From: Planctomycetota bacterium
GTDB lineage: Bacteria; Planctomycetota; PUPC01; JABMSA01; JAUWKK01
Direction of reading: 5' to 3'
NCBI GenBank assembly: GCA_030614245.1
Contig: JAUWKK010000070.1
Location: forward strand, 1 to 10,202
DNA: 10,202 bases
Positions within the stretch are counted from its first letter, which is position 1. Every line of letters starts with the position of its first letter. Of this stretch, positions 7,376 to 10,202 are shown piece by piece. A model generated the notes under the pieces. That model had not been told where the DNA came from. It was given only the letters and a program-made list of their open reading frames with translations, and did no database searches. A program made the translations under genes and the position numbers.

Positions 7376-7424
7376 GTGCCCAAACGGTGCCCAAAACCTG
7401 GCACAAGTGCCCAAACGGTGCCCA
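7376..7424 (+). repeat. Four copies of heptamer GTGCCCA arranged as two 18-nt units GTGCCCAAACGGTGCCCA (7376..7393 and 7407..7424)
   Basis: Heptamers start at 7376, 7387, 7407 and 7418, giving spacings of 11, 20 and 11 bp. The linker contains GTGCC...GGCAC dyad symmetry. Confidence 0.6.
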
Positions 7425-7466
7425 GGTATTCTCCGCAAGTGTCCGCTTATGTCCGCGCATGACCAA

Positions 7467-7502
7467 GCCCCTAAGTCGCGGAGACTCAGGGGCTTGTGTC
7501 GT
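7467..7502 (+). terminator. Candidate intrinsic terminator (GCCCCTAAG-tcgcggaga-CTCAGGGGC then TTGTGTCGT)
   Basis: 9-bp stem with 8 of 9 positions paired, a 9-nt loop and a moderately U-rich tail. Lies ~285 nt downstream of the SPFH2 stop and just 3' of the heptamer repeats. Confidence 0.4.
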
Positions 7503-7756
7503 AAGTCGCTGGCTGCCCGGATGATGGGACGCTATTGCTCATGCAACCTTCTGTAGGATCCCGGCCTCATACACATAGCGTTCAATCACCATTCCGCCCC
7601 AGTTACAGAGTGTACCAAAACGCCCTCGCTACCATGCCTCATCGTCTCCCATCGTGGGCAGCCTCGACCATCGCCAAGACCCCCGCCTGATGGCGTCGGG
7701 CAGGCCGTTCCACGCTTCGATAACGGCCACAAGGTCCGCTGGCAGCGGCCCTCCTT

Positions 7757-7799
7757 TACTGCTCTCGCTGTGTTTCTGTACTGCTCTGGTACTGCTTCT
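7757..7799. repeat. Short direct repeats TACTGCTCT x3 in a pyrimidine-rich non-coding stretch
   Basis: TACTGCTCT at 7757 and 7779, TACTGCTTCT at 7790. Confidence 0.45.
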
Positions 7800-7956
7800 T
7801 GACCGTCCGGCATGTGTATGGCGTGCGCCCGCTTCTGTCCGGTCATCGGCATGCCGCGCGCTTGTATCATCTTGCTGTTGTCCGACATGCGACACGTTCT
7901 GACCGCCGGAGTGCTGTTGCCGTCCTTTTCGCGACACGCCGCCATTAGCACTGTCG

Positions 7957-7984
7957 CCGGGTTCGAATCCCGCCCTCTCCGCCA
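7957..7984 (+). tRNA. Orphan tRNA 3'-end fragment (T-stem/loop CCGGG-TTCGAAT-CCCGC, acceptor 3' strand CCTCTCC, discriminator G, CCA). tRNA-Ser-like. Not a complete tRNA gene
   Basis: GGTTCGAATCC T-loop consensus followed by CCTCTCC-G-CCA, the same shape as tRNA-Ser 3' ends. No complementary GGAGAGG acceptor 5' strand and no D or anticodon arms can be found in the ~120 nt upstream, on either strand. A strong terminator follows directly. Confidence 0.5.
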
Positions 7985-7997
7985 TGTAAGTCGTTGC

Positions 7998-8034
7998 GCA
8001 GCAGGAGTTTTCCGCTCCTGCTGCTTTCATTATT
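7998..8034 (+). terminator. Strong rho-independent terminator (GCAGCAGGAG-ttttccg-CTCCTGCTGC then TTTCATTATT) 14 nt after the tRNA-like CCA end
   Basis: Perfect 10-bp stem, 7-nt loop, T-rich tail. Its position is that of a tRNA gene terminator. Confidence 0.65.
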
Positions 8035-8248
8035 GCGATATCCTGGATAAATGTGCGGCAGGCCATGCCATAGGCAGGCAGGCTTTCAGCCCTCCGTAGG
8101 CGGGCAGGCCTCCAATGCAATTAATGAGCCGCCTGGCAAGGCTGCTCGACATGCACCTTGCGCGTGGGCTGTCGCTTTCTTCCGACATCCGGCTGGTGAG
8201 GTGGTGAAGGACTCCGCCAACTCGTCCACACGCCGGCTGCCGTCTCCA

Positions 8249-10202
8249 TCACGGGCACCCGCCGCCACGGCCGAGGTTGGCGCGGACGCCGAGCAAGTCC
8301 ATGACATTCACGCAGTTATCGCCATTGACGTCGCCATAGAGCGGCATCATCTTCTCAGCGACGGCCTCCACGGAATCGCGGACTGTTGGGTCTGTGCCAT
8401 CCTGGAAGCCCTCGACTGTCACGCTCTCGCTCTCGCCGACAATGGCATGCCGCGTCGGCGTCATTACCAGCGTAATGACCTTGCTCTCTCCGGGAGCGAG
8501 CAGGCCGGGCTCGTACCCGTCCGGGCCGGTGATCTGCGACGTTATGCTCGTTGTGCCGACCCAGTAGCCCACACACCATCCGGCCTCGCTTCCTGTGCTG
8601 CCCCGGAGGATGAACGACCCGTCAACTAGACTATCGTTCTCGACTTTGATCTGATACACGGCTGCGCCGCCATGCCTCACCGTCTGTGTCTCGATCTGAT
8701 CGCCCGCTGGTTCGGCATAGTAGACGTTGTTCTCGGCATACGCCGCCCGGTTCTCGCTGTCCTTCTTGATGAGCAGGTCGGCAGGCAGATCGGCCCTCGG
8801 TATCTGCGCCGTGTAATTCGCCGGGCCGCTCATGATGATGTCCCTGACCGGGTTCGTCTCGCCATCGTCCCACTGAACGAAGACCCAGCCCAGTCCCGGA
8901 TTTGCCGTGAGTTGGACGGGCGTGCCTTCCTGATACCACGGATCGCCTTCGCCTTCGGGATCAACGTCAACCGAGCAGCCAGCGGCTTCAGCTTCCGCTG
9001 GAACTACGGACACCGTCAGTTCATGCCAGGTGTCGAAGCTGGCCGTGACGGTCATGTCGGCATTCACGGTGATCTCGTGGCTCTGGTCGCCACCATCTGA
9101 CCACGAGTTGAATAAGTACTTCGTACCAATCGCATCCTGCGGCTGGGGGCTGGACACCTCTATCGTGTGTGTTGTGCCGGCGTAACACGTCAACGTGTGT
9201 GATACCGAATATATGAGGCCGTCGACGATGATTTCCAGCCCGGCATCCACCGGTTCCGCCGCCCCGGTGACGAGAACGGTAACTGTGTACTCGGCGCTTG
9301 CAGAAGCGAAACCTTCCGCGGCGCCGATCAGTGTTGTCGAGCCGCTGCTGTAGGCAGTCACATAGACCGTGACCGAGGGCTCGCCCTGAGCGATCGTGAC
9401 GGTCTCGCCAGGCGCTACGGGACTGGTTGCACCCGCGTCGGAAAAGACGTTGATGACACCCTCATCGTAGGTCAATGTCACGGCGACACCGCCTGCCGGC
9501 GCCGTCTGGCCTTCCGGCAGAGAGATGGTCTGCGGCTTCGGTCCGGGGTCGGTTGCGATAGTCAGGCTGTCCGTCTCCGGACTCATACTGAGCCCCACAG
9601 GCGGCGGCGGTGCGACCCCGGCGAACTGCAACTCGGAGAGGTGCACCCAAGTGCCATGCAGACCGCTGTTGATGTCGATCCCTATCCAGCGGGCGCTGAT
9701 GCCGCCCATTGCGATCTCATCGCTGGGGGGCATGTTCGGGGTGCCGGGAGCCCGGGTGAAGGTCTGCCCACCGGCGGTCCCCAGCAGGGTCCAGCCGTCG
9801 CCGACGCCCGGAACGCCCGGATCGGCCGCGTCGTTCGAGTAGTAGATGTCGGCCTGAAAAATACCGTACCCCCCGGAACCGCTATAGTTGCCGTTCCAGA
9901 CCCTTAAGGTCTCCAGAACGCAGCTCTGGCCCAAATCGACCTTGAACCACTCGTCAGAGACGGGTATCGCGCCCCCGTTAGCCCATACTGAGCAGTCGTG
10001 GACTTCGTTGGGATATTCACCGGTCAGGCCCACGCCATTGACGACATTCATCGGGTCATAGCCGGAGTACGTGCTTGAGGCGGTGCCGATGATGCCGGCG
10101 TTGGGAATGAGGGGCCAGATAACACGGTAATCCGACGTGGCTTCGACATATCCTTCGGCGGTGGCCGTCAGGGTGGTCGTGCCGGCGGCGATGGGCGAAA
10201 AA
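8249..10202 (-). CDS. Large secreted multidomain protein, 5'-partial (the ORF stays open to the window edge). It carries Ig-like (Big_2-like), F5/8 type C discoidin or CBM32-like, Ig-like and two InlB B-repeat-like units, then the shared beta-sandwich and dockerin-like C-terminal module
   Basis: The minus-strand frame is open from 10202 with no stop. The M at 10051 is internal. Discoidin-like stretch YDPMNVVNG...WFKVDLGQSCVLETLRVWNGNY...ARWIGIDINSG...WVHLSELQF. InlB B-repeat-like stretches EIIVDGLIYSVSHTLTCYAGTTHTIEVSSPQP...YLFNSWSDGG and LTVSVVP...PWYQEGTPVQLTANPGLGWVFVQWDDGETNP. The C-terminal 179 aa match the left gene. Stop TGA at 8249..8251. Confidence 0.85.
   Translation of the reverse strand, partial: FSPIAAGTTTLTATAEGYVEATSDYRVIWPLIPNAGIIGTASSTYSGYDPMNVVNGVGLTGEYPNEVHDCSVWANGGAIPVSDEWFKVDLGQSCVLETLRVWNGNYSGSGGYGIFQADIYYSNDAADPGVPGVGDGWTLLGTAGGQTFTRAPGTPNMPPSDEIAMGGISARWIGIDINSGLHGTWVHLSELQFAGVAPPPPVGLSMSPETDSLTIATDPGPKPQTISLPEGQTAPAGGVAVTLTYDEGVINVFSDAGATSPVAPGETVTIAQGEPSVTVYVTAYSSGSTTLIGAAEGFASASAEYTVTVLVTGAAEPVDAGLEIIVDGLIYSVSHTLTCYAGTTHTIEVSSPQPQDAIGTKYLFNSWSDGGDQSHEITVNADMTVTASFDTWHELTVSVVPAEAEAAGCSVDVDPEGEGDPWYQEGTPVQLTANPGLGWVFVQWDDGETNPVRDIIMSGPANYTAQIPRADLPADLLIKKDSENRAAYAENNVYYAEPAGDQIETQTVRHGGAAVYQIKVENDSLVDGSFILRGSTGSEAGWCVGYWVGTTSITSQITGPDGYEPGLLAPGESKVITLVMTPTRHAIVGESESVTVEGFQDGTDPTVRDSVEAVAEKMMPLYGDVNGDNCVNVMDLLGVRANLGRGGGCP
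8252..8788 (-). repeat. Right arm of the ~540-bp inverted repeat (C-terminal module coding sequence of the minus-strand gene)
   Basis: Encodes LPADLLIKKDSEN...GDVNGDNCVNVMDLLGVRANLGRGGGCP, homologous to 1126..1665. Confidence 0.8.

Noticed and set aside
7192-7524. 110-aa ORF (+) containing a CPDC...C...C pattern that could pass for a zinc ribbon
   Set aside because: It starts inside the GC palindrome with no RBS. The Cys codons are produced by the GTGCCCA heptamer repeats themselves. Cys spacing is not CxxC...CxxC. Overall composition is non-protein-like.
7909-7984. A complete tRNA gene ending at the GCCA at 7984
   Set aside because: Positions 1-7 of any 76-93-nt model do not pair with the acceptor 3' strand CCTCTCC. 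The best candidate, GGAGTGC, pairs at 5 of 7. No D-arm or anticodon-arm geometry is evident. A tmRNA 5' end (GGAGAGG-like) is also absent within 400 nt upstream. Only the 3' third is tRNA-like.
1-10202. CRISPR arrays, rRNA, IS elements or transposases, integrase or recombinase genes
   Set aside because: No regularly spaced 25-40-nt direct repeats, no rRNA-like conserved blocks, and no ORF with transposase or tyrosine- or serine-recombinase motifs on either strand. The att-like scar has no cognate integrase in this window.

Overview
This is a high-GC (about 60-63%) bacterial chromosomal segment. Two convergent genes for large secreted proteins bracket a roughly 6.6-kb insert-like region. The left gene (64..1665, +) encodes a signal-peptide, parallel beta-helix, dockerin-like protein. 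The right gene (8249..>10202, -) is 5'-truncated by the window and encodes discoidin (F5/8 type C), Ig-like and InlB B-repeat-like domains. Both end in the same ~179-aa module, a beta-sandwich plus a single dockerin-like Ca-binding repeat ending in GCP. At the DNA level this gives a ~540-bp inverted repeat (1126..1665 versus 8252..8788).

Between the two genes lie five things. (a) Long, poorly coding stretches (1666..2826 and 7184..8248). (b) A compositionally distinct (~47% GC) gene for a minimal Shedu-like DUF4263 PD-(D/E)xK nuclease (2836..3647). Its frame is broken by a 1-nt deletion. (c) A two-gene operon of diverged flotillin-like SPFH/band-7 membrane proteins (4028..5619 and 5663..7183). 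The first also carries a 1-nt deletion in an A-run. (d) Two promoter-like elements of identical design, TTGAnn-17-GGTGTAGACT, ahead of the nuclease gene and the SPFH operon. (e) In the downstream non-coding region, a GC palindrome at the SPFH2 stop, four phased GTGCCCA heptamers, TACTGCTCT mini-repeats, and an orphan tRNA-Ser-like 3' end (T-arm, acceptor 3' strand, GCCA) followed directly by a strong intrinsic terminator but with no 5' half.

The last item looks like an att-type scar. The locus reads best as a decayed integration or defense hotspot carrying a Shedu-like nuclease next to a flotillin pair.

No CRISPR array, rRNA, intact tRNA, transposase or integrase is visible.
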